From Chlorokybus atmophyticus (lineage: Eukaryota; Plantae; Mesostigma and Chlorokybus algae), in the NCBI GenBank assembly GCA_009103225.1, contig RHPI01002918.1, positions 12,237-76,236 of the forward strand: 64,000 nt of DNA. The letters are read 5' to 3'. The position numbers and the translations under genes were made by a program. Positions within the stretch are counted from its first letter, which is position 1; every line of letters begins with the position of its first letter. Shown here in pieces: positions 38,279-51,600 of the stretch. The notes under the pieces are model-generated. The model made no database searches, was not told where the DNA came from, and saw nothing but the letters and a program-made list of their open reading frames with translations.

Positions 38279-41200
38279 ATGGCTTCCGATACAACCATCA
38301 CCACTCAAACAGCACCTGATGGGGAGCAAGCAACACTGGATGATGACCTTTGGTTCTTTCAAGGCGCTGTGATTATGCTGAACGAGATGGTGCACATCAA
38401 GCTTGATGCAAATCTGCTCAAAATTCTCTTAACAATGACATCCTCCCCGGCTGGCGCCAGCCCCATCTCGCATGCTTTGAACTCAGAAAGCAGGTGGTTC
38501 ACAACTATTGCTGAAAGGTTTCAAGTCAACATCGATGTGCACTGTGGCACCAGCAACGAAAAGTTCACCTCACCTGGTGCATCACGCCATGCCCATGTGG
38601 AATGTGATCGTGCCTCAAAGATGTTTGATTACCACTGGTGAGTGGTTGGTAACTCCCCAACCCAGCCAGTCACTCAAGGTGCATGAAACATTTACCTGTA
38701 CATTAGCTTCCATCAGATGTTGTAGACGTTAAGCACCCGGTTGTAACAGTGACAACTTTGAGTTTGGGGCGCCGTGGCCCACAGGACAGGTGTGCGGGTA
38801 CGTCACGCATTGCAATTGGCCATGACTTTATTGAAGTTAGCTGGTTGGCGGCTGACTCTGCAGTGTACGGCAGGTCCCCACCACAGCACGCAACACATGC
38901 ACCTGGTGGGCTTGGTGCAAGCACCAGCAACGTCGCACACATCAAGCAGGAGCCTCAGCAGCACTTGCCAGCTCGCAGCGCTCGAGACCAGCAGCGCAAT
39001 CGCTGGACTGCTGACAAGCGCAAGAGGCAATCTCAGGTAGGATGTATGCCCTTGGTTCATGAGCGTGTGCTGTCTGCACATGTGGCCATGCATGTACACA
39101 TGTTTTCTTTGTGTTGATCCCCAGGATACAGCGCGCTTGATTGAAAACTCTGAGGCTGATGCAAGTCAAGAGGGCCGTAGGTTTGCTCATGGCAGTGTCC
39201 CAAAAGCAAACATGCGGTACACTCGCACCTTCTCCCTCAGAGACTGGGAGCCATATCTGAAATCAATTCATGATCCATCGAGACGAGCAAAACTCATAGC
39301 TATGCTCAGAGACTATCATCGCCTCAGCTATGATTTCAAGATGGGGCGGTCGTACCGCGATGCAGTGGGGTTTATGGAGAATGTGGTGAATGGCATCGAT
39401 AGTTGGCTCGCCACTGACGACTCTCTGGACAGAACCAAGATAATGCTCATAACGTCTCCAACACAAGTAGGCAAAACAATTGCTGCAGCGATGGCCAAGA
39501 AGGCGGCCCAGCCCTATGTGGACTACGTTGTTGTGGTCACTGTGGGTGTTCGGATCCAACTGCAAATCATCAAGCGCTTCACAGCGTGGGGAATGGTGAG
39601 AAGTGTATGTTGTCGGCTTGCTCTGTCCCTCCGCAATCTCTTACTCAATTGGTCGCGCAGGACTCGCACAATACACGGCCTTCAATTCAACCAGTCACTG
39701 GTGAGAGGCTCGTGGTGACACGCAAGACGGTTATTGCAGCAACGAGTGCACAGTTGAGCAAAGTGATTGACTACCTGACGAGAAGAGAAGGCGTCTTATG
39801 TCGTGATCTTGGACGAGGCTGATGCTGCCCTTCCTGGCACCAGAGCCAAACGCACCCAGTACGAGAACAAGGTCATGATGCTGCTCGGGCAGGAGGCAGT
39901 TAACCGAGACGTCACACTCGTCCCGCGGCTGGTGTTGTTCATCACAGCAACGCCTGTGCCGGTGTTCTTCATGATGAGCAGGTTTGGCATGGATTCTGAT
40001 GATCCCAAGACGGACATTCTGCAAGTCCCGCCCACGCGAGACTACGTCGGAATCCCCAAGCTGAATGTCGTGAGCGATGGGGATGGACGGAGCACCTACC
40101 TCAACCCGAAGGAGAAGGTCCTGGACGGTGGAAGGTTGACCAAGAAGTATTGTGACTTGATACACCACATGGTAACAAAGGCACGCAGTGAACAGCAGTT
40201 CTACGGCCACCTCATACTGATGACCCGCTCCTACATAGATGAGGTGCGCCCCCCCACCCCCCACCCCCCGGCCCCCCTCTCTCTCTCTCTCNNNNNNNNN
40301 NNNNNNNNNNNNNNNNNNNNNNNNNNNNNNNNNNNNNNNNNNNNNNNNNNNNNNNNNNNNNNNNNNNNNNNNNNNNNNNNNNNNNNNNNNNNNNNNNNNN
40401 NNNNNNNNNNNNNNNNNNNNNNNNNNNNNNNNNNNNNNNNNNNNNNNNNNNNNNNNNNNNNNNNNNNNNNNNNNNNNNNNNNNNNNNNNNNNNNNNNNNN
40501 NNNNNNNNNNNNNNNNNNNNNNNNNNNNNNNNNNNNNNNNNNNNNNNNNNNNNNNNNNNNNNNNNNNNNNNNNNNNNNNNNNNNNNNNNNNNNNNNNNNN
40601 NNNNNNNNNNNNNNNNNNNNNNNNNNNNNNNNNNNNNNNNNNNNNNNNNNNNNNNNNNNNNNNNNNNNNNNNNNNNNNNNNNNNNNNNNNNNNNNNNNNN
40701 NNNNNNNNNNNNNNNNNNNNNNNNNNNNNNNNNNNNNNNNNNNNNNNNNNNNNNNNNNNNNNNNNNNNNNNNNNNNNNNNNNNNNNNNNNNNNNNNNNNN
40801 NNNNNNNNNNNNNNNNNNNNNNNNNNNNNNNNNNNNNNNNNNNNNNNNNNNNNNNNNNNNNNNNNNNNNNNNNNNNNNNNNNNNNNNNNNNNNNNNNNNN
40901 NNNNNNNNNNNNNNNNNNNNNNNNNNNNNNNNNNNNNNNNNNNNNNNNNNNNNNNNNNNNNNNNNNNNNNNNNNNNNNNNNNNNNNNNNNNNNNNNNNNN
41001 NNNNNNNNNNNNNNNNNNNNNNNNNNNNNNNNNNNNNNNNNNNNNNNNNNNNNNNNNNNNNNNNNNNNNNNNNNNNNNNNNNNNNNNNNNNNNNNNNNNN
41101 NNNNNNNNNNNNNNNNNNNNNNNNNNNNNNNNNNNNNNNNNNNNNNNNNNNNNNNNNNNNNNNNNNNNNNNNNNNNNNNNNNNNNNNNNNNNNNNNNNNN

Positions 41201-43743
41201 NNNNNNNNNNNNNNNNNNNNNNNNNNNNNNNNNNNNNNNNNNNNNNNNNNNNNNNNNNNNNNNNNNNNCTCCCCCTCTCTCTCTCCCTCTTGCTTGCGCC
41301 TCCTCCCTCTCCCTCTCCCTCTCCGTTTGCAATGTTGCTCTCGCTGCCCCGCTCTCTTCATCTTGCCCCTCTCCCCTTACACGCACATGCATGCAAGCAG
41401 ATGGGCGCACCTACACGCACCTGCACACTCAAACACGCATTTACTTGTCTTCCCCCTTCTGTGGCTTGCCCACCCCCCACCCCCCATCCCCCCTCTTCTT
41501 CTCTCTCTCACTGACATGCAGCTTACTGCAGGTGAGACGAGCAATCCAATGTCAGTTCAAAGAGAATAACAAAGATCCAATCGTCAGCATACTCAAGTAC
41601 ACTTGGCGTGGAGTTGAGGTGTACTACCCCGATGGACACTCCACCCACTTTGCAGCAGTAAGTTGTCAAACGGTAGGTAGTATGCATTGTCTTTGATGGC
41701 TATGCTAACTGTCGGTCTGCTTGCAGAATGACTCTGGCGTTGCCAAAGCCACAATCACAAGCAAATGCGTTGTGTCTCTCGCTACCCCGCAGCTCATGCA
41801 GCGTGGCGCCAATCTGCCAATCTTTGTCGGGCAGGACAGTGCCACCCGCAGCTACCCCATAACACATGAAGCTCTCAATGCAGGCCCAGCTTTCACCATA
41901 GAGAACCTGTTGCATCTGCTCGGGCGCTGCACGGGCAACAGCAAGCAGGTGCTTGATGACATGGAAGTGGACGCACCTTTCATACTTTGCTTGGAGGGAG
42001 ATCACAAAGCCGCAGAGAACTTGGCTAATCTGACAGACATGATTATTGAGCTCATCAGACAGGTACCGAGTGTTACATGCGTATGCATGTCACGGTATCA
42101 CAGGCCAGAATGTGGCCTAAATGCCCCAGCAACTTGCTGCCACGCATTCCATTCAATAATATTGCATGCAGGGCTACACCATCCAGGCGGCACTTGAGAA
42201 ACAAATGCCGGCCAGCACTTACAATATATTTTTATCGAGGATTCAGCTCGGGCCTCGCAGCAGACCCATGCAAAAGGACTTGCCTTACGTGCAGAAATTC
42301 GACCCCAGCCAAAAGGACTCCAACGCAGAGCATTTGTGCAAACTGAAGTTGGCGGAGGTTGCTGAGAACTTGACATTCCTTGGTGCACTTGATTTGACAA
42401 CTGTGGGGCTGCCGTTTCCTACCACCAGTGCTGATGTCGGGAAGGTCATTGACTTTGCCAGAAACAAAGCCAAGGGTCGTACACTCCATGAAGACATCCG
42501 CATGGTGGCAAAAGCGAAGCTAAGAGCGGCAGGGCATGAAGACGCTGCAAATCTTAACATGGATGCAGAGTCAAGATTGCATGTTATGTCCGCACAGGAT
42601 CTGTTGCCAGAACTCGCGCTGGATGAGATTGAGCGGCTCATGAAGAAACCAAAACCTGGCAACCGGGTGCGTGCCATTCACAAGACACATACTAGTGTCT
42701 AGTTCTGCAGTTAAATCACCTTACCCTTCATGCAGGTGTATGAGGCAGTGGCAGATGCATTTGGCAATCAGGAAAAGTTCAGCAAGGTGATCTTGATACG
42801 AGACAACAATGAACTGAAGGTGGACCCGCGTGAGAAGTACCCGAAAGGCGTGCTGTATTTCCGGCCATTCCACTACCAAGATGAGATATTCTTTGCAATA
42901 GTACAACTCAAGCCTGCAATCAGCTCACTGCGAGGCAACATGAGCGTGTGGTACCATGTGGCGTTGGTAACAACCGAGGCGGGGTCGCCGACAGTGGTGA
43001 AGGAGCGGAGGTTGGAAGATGTCAACCTGCACATTACCCCGACAGTCATGGTGTCGCTCACCTACCCGGTCCCGCCCATTCCAGATGATGAGACTGAAGC
43101 CGACGAGGTGCTGCAGGCGCATGCTTTATGTTGTGCAGTAATGTCATTCCAAAAGCACTGTGCTGACACCAGACGCTGGCACTCACAATGTTGCAACGTG
43201 ATGTTTCATGAAAGGTTGTCGATGTCAATGAAGAGGACTTGACGGAGGCCTCGTCTGATGCGGAGCCACTGTGTGTGAGTACTGTCACAGTCTCCCGCTA
43301 TCTTTGCTGACAACTCTGTTCCTAGGTTAATAAAAGGCGTTGCCCACGTTATAGCCTTGCTTGTAGCCCTGACTGCTTGGTCTGATATGGATGTTATAAC
43401 TGCAGTTGAAGGTTCTTTCCATGTGCAGGACTTGCAGCATCTTGTGGATTTGGGAAACTTGCGGCGAAATACGGATATAAGCAAGCTGCTATACGCTTTG
43501 TGGTCCCTGCACAATGAAGACAGCACCCAGCTCATCACATATAAGCGCCTTTGTCGCATTGGCTACAACCCGAGGCCCAGCAATAGCAACACCATCAACA
43601 CGCGGCTCGTGAAGAAATACCGCGTGCTGCGTCATGTATCTGACGCATGCTTTGCGTTGACTGCGTTTGGTTTGCGGCTGATGCAGCGCCTTTATTATCC
43701 TGATGAAGCACAGCTCCAGCAAACAGGACAAGAAGCTTCTTAA
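38279..43743 (+). CDS. Large multi-exon SF2 helicase-like ATPase (Z1-type motif pattern) with putative C-terminal winged helix; apparent frameshift near 39785
   Basis: Walker A reads ITSPTQVGKT (39461), Walker B VVILDEAD (39812), motif III FITATP (39944), then DILQVPPTRDYVG, IFVGQDSATRSYPI and motif VI-like LHLLGRCTG (41913). Junctions at 39595, 40243, 41657, 42062, 42666 and 43274 are phase-consistent. The 5' end is uncertain, with possible extra exons at 37300-37770. Confidence 0.7.
40292..41268. other. Assembly gap (N run) inside a CT/C-rich intron
   Basis: The run of N is flanked by (CT)n and C-rich sequence. Confidence 0.99.
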
Positions 43744-46624
43744 AGCGTGATACTCTGCTTACAAACCCTGGTTGTGTGAGTGTTACAAAGCATTGTGTAG
43801 CAAGTACTACTTGCATGCTTCATATGTATGTTGCCTTGATTGGTGGAGTTTCTACGAAAGAGTTGTGCGACATCTTAGAGACATTGTCATAATAGTGCCG
43901 TTATGGGCAACGATAATGATATGACTCTATGACATGCAATGAGATGATGACCAAGGGTCAGCAACCACAAGCAGTCAACATGTCAAGCATAGGACAAGTT
44001 GTTGTATCATACAACAAATGGCTTATAAGTAGCAGGGCCAGTCGGTGGGACATGGCAACATATGTCAAAAGCTTCAAGATGTGCTTGAAATATATTGCGC
44101 AACTTTCATGTCTATTACGTGATCTCTAATACAAAAAATGCAAGCACATAAGTAGCATACTAAGTGCACTAGCCCCGTATCACTGTTGCTATAGTCAACC
44201 ACAGAGGGTGGGCAACTACTTTGTACTGCAGTGAGCAAGCCGTCTACCAGTGGCTCACACCATGCACACCATGCACACGCAACAGCATGCAAGGTATGGT
44301 CAACGCATACAAGACAACCATAAACCATAGACAAACAACACATTGAGTGGGGGCCACTGTACTAGCGCTATGTGCACTAGCTAGACCAGTGGAAGGAGTG
44401 GGGCTGAGAGTCCTGAAGGCACCAGGAAGGGTGAAGGATCACCTGCCAGCACAGCGCAGCATCTGCATATACAACCATTTGGTTTGCTAAGTCGTAGCAT
44501 GTGATGCTTACACACGGCTGATGCATATTGCCGTTGCCGTTTGCTGTATTGCAAGGGGCTATGATTGGCGGCTAAAAGCTTGGGGGCAGGGGCTGGTCAT
44601 ATCAATGGTTGTCAGCGGCGGCGGCATGGCTGCCATCATAGACAAATTTTGATGACTCTTCGTTTGCGCTAATGCTACTTACTGCTAATCTCATCTGCAT
44701 TGGTAACGCAGATCATGGCAAGACCAAGTGCTGCCCGCCGGTCCTACCTTGCACGCATGCACATAGGAACCATCCCCTCTAACTTAGCCTAGTTCAGCTT
44801 CGGTAGTTGAGGTGGTTTGCGCGTGTGTACACAAATGCGTGTGCGATATAAGATCTGCAATACACATACTCGCACGTGGCATATTTAAATGCGCATTTAT
44901 TGTTGCATGTCATATGAATATACACGGCACAATCCACCATCACATGGCTTGTGTAAGAGCGTAGAGTCTAGCAATGGCAAAAATGGTATTAACCACCGCT
45001 AGGCTAAGTGCTCATTATGTCAAGTTATCTACCCCGAGCATGCATAGTTTGCATGCTTGCCGTTTATACACAGGTGACCCCTTAACAGGTAAGATTCTCG
45101 AAATTCAATATCCATACACAACACAATGCGTTTTCATATATGATTGGTTGCATGTCCTTGGTTTCAAAAGCTGTGCCTATCCTGCGCTTTGCAAGTTATA
45201 ATTGTTCACTGCAACCTTGACCGCCTCAGCATGCCTCGAATTGCTAACCTGAGGGTTCTAGTCCAATGTGGTTTGGTTTCAGGTCATGTCTTAAGCTAGG
45301 CTAGGGTTAATGTTGGTGTAAGCTCTGTCTTGGCCCCTGCTAATTGAGTGTTTATGTGCTAGATGTTACTGTGTTTGTTGCCAACAAACACAAGCCGCTT
45401 GTGAATGATTGGCAATGCCTGTAACCATGTAGAAACGATGGCATTCAATAAGTCACATGCTAGCTGAATGCGCCTGCCTTGGGCATGCGTGGTGAGGCTG
45501 TGTGTGTGTGTGGTTGCAAACTTTGTCTGCCTCATCTCACCCTTGATTGGTGTGCTTGGTTGTTTGCTACGTTGCCCTATATAGAAGCACACCCATTTCC
45601 CGGAGTGTGCTTTGCGCAGCTCCAAGTCTGTTAACTGTACCATGATGACTCTGTTTGGCTTCCAAGCCGCTTTGTCATCCCTCAAGTTTACCATATACAA
45701 CCACTCGCCGGGCAACGTGCATGGTTGATGTTAGGCAGCAGGTAGTAGCAGATCGGCAAAGCCACGATGAGCAAGTTGCCCTACAGCGATTTCATGCCAC
45801 TGATTGCAACATGACGAAAAATAATCAGCCATCATGTTCTGTCCGCCACAGCATAATCATTACGGGCGCTTAAGTGCAAAAACGCCTACCATGCCATAAT
45901 ACCTATCACATTTTATGTTGAAAATTGTTCGCTGAATGATGACAATTGTGCGATATTAAGTGTGCGATTGTAGAATAATGTAAAGTAAACTGTTAAAAGC
46001 ATATAATATAATATACATGATATTTGCACGGTTACCATGTATAGTATTCGGTTTTTGATGGCTCGAGTGAACCCTTTTTCGTTGGTTGATTATTGCTATG
46101 AGTATTATTATCGCTGCTATGCTTGCCCTGATTTGCTATGGCTGCATTACGGCACTGATTCGGTGCTGCCCATTGGCTTTGCTCTTTGTGCACATAAACA
46201 CAAATATACCTTCAATAAGCACAAGGAGTCCGTAACTCACTACACGACTATTACGAACAACCACAAGCGTAGGTCCACAATAATTTGTGGATGTAAGGGT
46301 ATGAACTCATCGAGAGTAACACTTAGTATTATAGGAGGCCCCTACTAAGATGAAACACCGTGGCGCGTAGCGCTGCTTGCGTGGCATCTGATTCATTTCA
46401 GCGCATAGATCTTTGCGCACCTTACTGCTGACTGACCAAAAAACCTTTGATATCACTATCATCAGACTCTACATCTTCACTGGCCGGCTGTACCAATGCG
46501 TTTATCACACTATATATTATTGCGAATTGCGCTGACCTCAGTTCTTTAACCGTGATCGTACCGGCATGCGAGTTTCTGCGCCTTACTTTGTGCTCAGCAG
46601 CGCGCTGTTGTAGTTGTGGCCATC

Positions 46625-48022
<1,398 letters not shown>

Positions 48023-48632
48023 ACAGGACATCAGTTTCTTCCAAGTGCTGATAGGCTTGAGAATAGTGCTTAGTGTAAAAGAACGAGTTTACCCTGCACA
48101 GCATTGTTCAATGCGTTATTGTTACCATTGCAACAATGCACAAGCAGCCATGGTAATTCATTGGGTGTGCAACAGGAGGCTTCGCATTAGCTTTTTGTAC
48201 GTTTGCAAACACTGTGGTCATGGGGATGTTGTGAGATGTTTTGCCACCATGAACACCATTGAGATGTCGCGCACCTTGCAATTGCAAATTCAATGACGCC
48301 GTGCAGTGGCAAGTACATTTGAAAACCTTTATAAGCTGTATGCATTGAACATGTGGAGAATGTGTATATAGCCCTGTGCAACAACGAAGGTACAGCAAGC
48401 TAAGCAATACTCTCCAAAACTGGATTTAATAAACGGTACAGAATGGGAAGGTGCAAGGGTAAGGTACAAGGGTTCTATGTGCAGAGACATGTAACTGTGA
48501 CCTATCCGGCATAATATGATGAGACTGTTACTGCCAATAAATGCTTGGTGCAAGCAGCCGTGCAAACAGAAGCTGACCGATCTCATTAGCGGACAACGCC
48601 AGCTGAAGCTTTGACTGCCAGCGTGCTGCATC

Positions 48633-51600
48633 TCATGCAAAGGCAGTGCCGACGAAACGCACAAACCGCTGCGCATAGCTGTCGGGGTCAATGGCGGATA
48701 TGGTGTTCCCGTCCTGGAACAAGCTCTTGTACGAGTGTTCAAGGTGCTTCGCAATGTTGTACTCCTGTAGTATGTCAATAATGCCAAAGAAGAGCACCAC
48801 ATCCTGGAGTTCATTCTTGGGGCACTGCTCCTCCTTGTCCTTGTACTTCATGGGGATCATTGTTGCCGCCATGTTAACGCCGAGCTGCACGCGTGTCTTG
48901 CCATAAGCAAATGCAAGGGCATCTGTACCACCCTGGCCCACGGAGATTGGCTTGATATTGGCCAGTTGCATGCTAGGACTCGTCGTGAGAGAGCGCTGCG
49001 ATGACTTACGGTAGCTGAGGCTGAGGTTAATCAGCTCGTCTTCGCTCATGGACTCGCGACGCCAGCTACGCATGACCTCAGTGGTCTTTTCCACCTCTCT
49101 CAACTTGCGCACATGGATACCGAGCAGCAGGCTGTAGTCCATGATGCGCTGCTCGGTGAGGAAGTCACAGTCGGCTTCCAGCTGGCGCAGCAGCTTCTCG
49201 CGCCATCCGGTTTCAAGCTTGAAGTACCACTCAAGGTCTAAGTCTTTGAGGATAGTGAGCTCGTTGCGCTTCGCCGTGTCTGTCAAGCGGCCGAGAGTGG
49301 AGCCCTTTAGATCAAAGCGCATGTGCATCGGGAGCTCTGATCGGAACAGGTTGCCCATTACCATGAAGCGCACTTTGCGGCCTTTGTGTGGTTTGATACG
49401 ATGCAGGCCGTAGAACTTTGTGAGCAACGTGTCATCGTACTCCATAACTTGACGGAAGTAGGCCGGTAGCATGTTGAGAAAGCTGTGCATCTCATGCTTG
49501 CGCATGGTCTTGATGATAAACCGGTCATCTGCACTCAAAAAGAACACACTGCCGCTCTTGCCCGGCGACGCGAGTTCCCTCAAGGCTTGGTCCCCGCACA
49601 ACGACATCATGTAATCTCCAGCGTCAATTGTGAAACGCTCACGTAGTAACCTGTTCAGAAACAAATCAGTGCAACGAACCATATCATGTCACCATTCAAC
49701 TGCTGACAGACAGTTACAAGAAAAACGTGTGCAGTAGTACACCAAAGCCAACCTTAAAAGCATGAGATGTGGGGAGCAAGCATCATGAGCTATCAGGCGA
49801 GCCAAACATCACCTGAACACCATTGGGCAGTAGTCCTTCCACTTGAAGTCTCCGGATGGATGTGGCGGGGTTTTCGAGCTGCCGTTGTGGGGGAACCGCT
49901 GAAATAAGGTGGCCTTGGAGCTGAAGTCCTCTTTTGTTAATGGTCTCAAGGGTACGGGTGTAATTTTGCCAACCGAGTAGCGAATACCAAGCTGCCAGCA
50001 TAAACAGTGTTAATGTTGCAACAACCACTCTCCAGCAAGCATGATCTGTACTGGCTTGCCAAGCTATTGACGGCGAACAATAATAGCGCTGCTGCATTCA
50101 ACCTACCTGTAGATTGAGCATCAAGTCATAGCTGCGATGCCCTTTGAATATAGTTTCTCCTGCCCTCTTCACATTGACACGTCGCCGTCGTCGCCTCCGA
50201 GTCTTGCGGTGCAACCTGGGGAGCTTGTCCAGCATCTGTGTAACCAGCCAGTGTCAGTGCAGGCGGCATGCACCTAGCACGCATTCAAGTAAAAGCTGCG
50301 CTAACACAACAACAAGCACGCTGCATCAACGGACTCTCAACATATGGCAGGGGTGGCTCACGCTTGTAGGGTGGGACGCAACAACTGATATCATACTTCA
50401 ACACGTACCTCCACAACTTCATTGACAAGGATGCCATGATGATATTCCCTCCGCAAAACTACAGGCTTTTCGCCTTCCTTGCGCAATGAGTGCTTGCTTT
50501 CGGCATTGTCACCTGATTTGTTCTCTTCCATAGATGAGGCCCCATTGTCGCGGATACTTGGCATGCCTTCCACCTCTGACTGCGGCGCTGGCGACAATCG
50601 CAGCCGATCCAAGGCAGCCTCAGTCCCCGAGTCTTCCCTTCCAGATGGTGCTGAAAGGCTGCGATGGTGCCAACGACGACCAGCACGCGGAGCTGCATAA
50701 GACACAAATACATCAGCCATTACACTTCAGAATAGAAGTCAGAAGTCAGGTAGATAGTCACCTGCCATACTTTCCCCTAGTTATCCTTCCCCCCCCANCG
50801 CACACATAAGACCACATGACATGATCGTCAGGCTTGGCGCAAAGTACCTGTCTGAGCGCCACTTGGATCTCCACTCTCGCTTCCACTCGTGTGCTCATTC
50901 TCTGCTTCCCCATCCGCTTCGGTGTCTAGACCCGTCTCATCAGCCTCCACAAGGGGGTCGTGCAGCTTTTGAAGCTCCGTAAGCTCCAATTTGTCCTCCA
51001 GTGGGTCCTGCTGACTAAAAGCGCGAGTGGTCTGCTTCAGGTGCCGTCTGGCTCTCCGAATGGACAGCAGAACCGCAGCGTAATACGTGCCAGTGCCTGC
51101 AGCAACCCAGTGTCATGCAAGAAGCAACCATTCGGTTCCTTGAGTCACAAGGTGCATATGCATATGCACAAGCAATGCTGACAAACACGGTGATGTAAGT
51201 CAGCACTGCAGATTCTTGGACAAAACTTGCATTGCCAGCAAGGGCGCAGTCACCCACGACTTGTGTGTTGTCTAGTCATGAGCAATTGCAGCGTGCGGGG
51301 TCGGTAGTGGTGTGTGTGTGTGNNNNNNNNNNNNNNNNNNNNNNNNNNNNNNNNNNNNNNNNNNNNNNNNNNNNNNNNNNNNNNNNNNNNNNNNNNNNNN
51401 NNNNNNNNNNNNNNNNNNNNNNNNNNNNNNNNNNNNNNNNNNNNNNNNNNNNNNNNNNNNNNNNNNNNNNNNNNNNNNNNNNNNNNNNNNNNNNNNNNNN
51501 NNNNNNNNNNNNNNNNNNNNNNNNNNNNNNNNNNNNNNNNNNNNNNNNNNNNNNNNNNNNNNNNNNNNNNNNNNNNNNNNNNNNNNNNNNNNNNNNNNNN

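Noticed and set aside
39731-41696. Long ORFs containing X runs (also 51232-52265)
   Set aside because: They are artefacts of reading through N gaps.
39461-41930. Calling the helicase-like gene a canonical DEAD-box RNA helicase
   Set aside because: It has DEAD but lacks PTRELA, GG, TPGR, SAT and ARGLD, and the motif spacing and context do not fit.
45220-45270. tRNA/SINE-like B-box GGTTCTAGTCC with a short CCTCAG...CTGAGG inverted repeat
   Set aside because: There is no cloverleaf, no A-box, and no poly-A tail or TSD.
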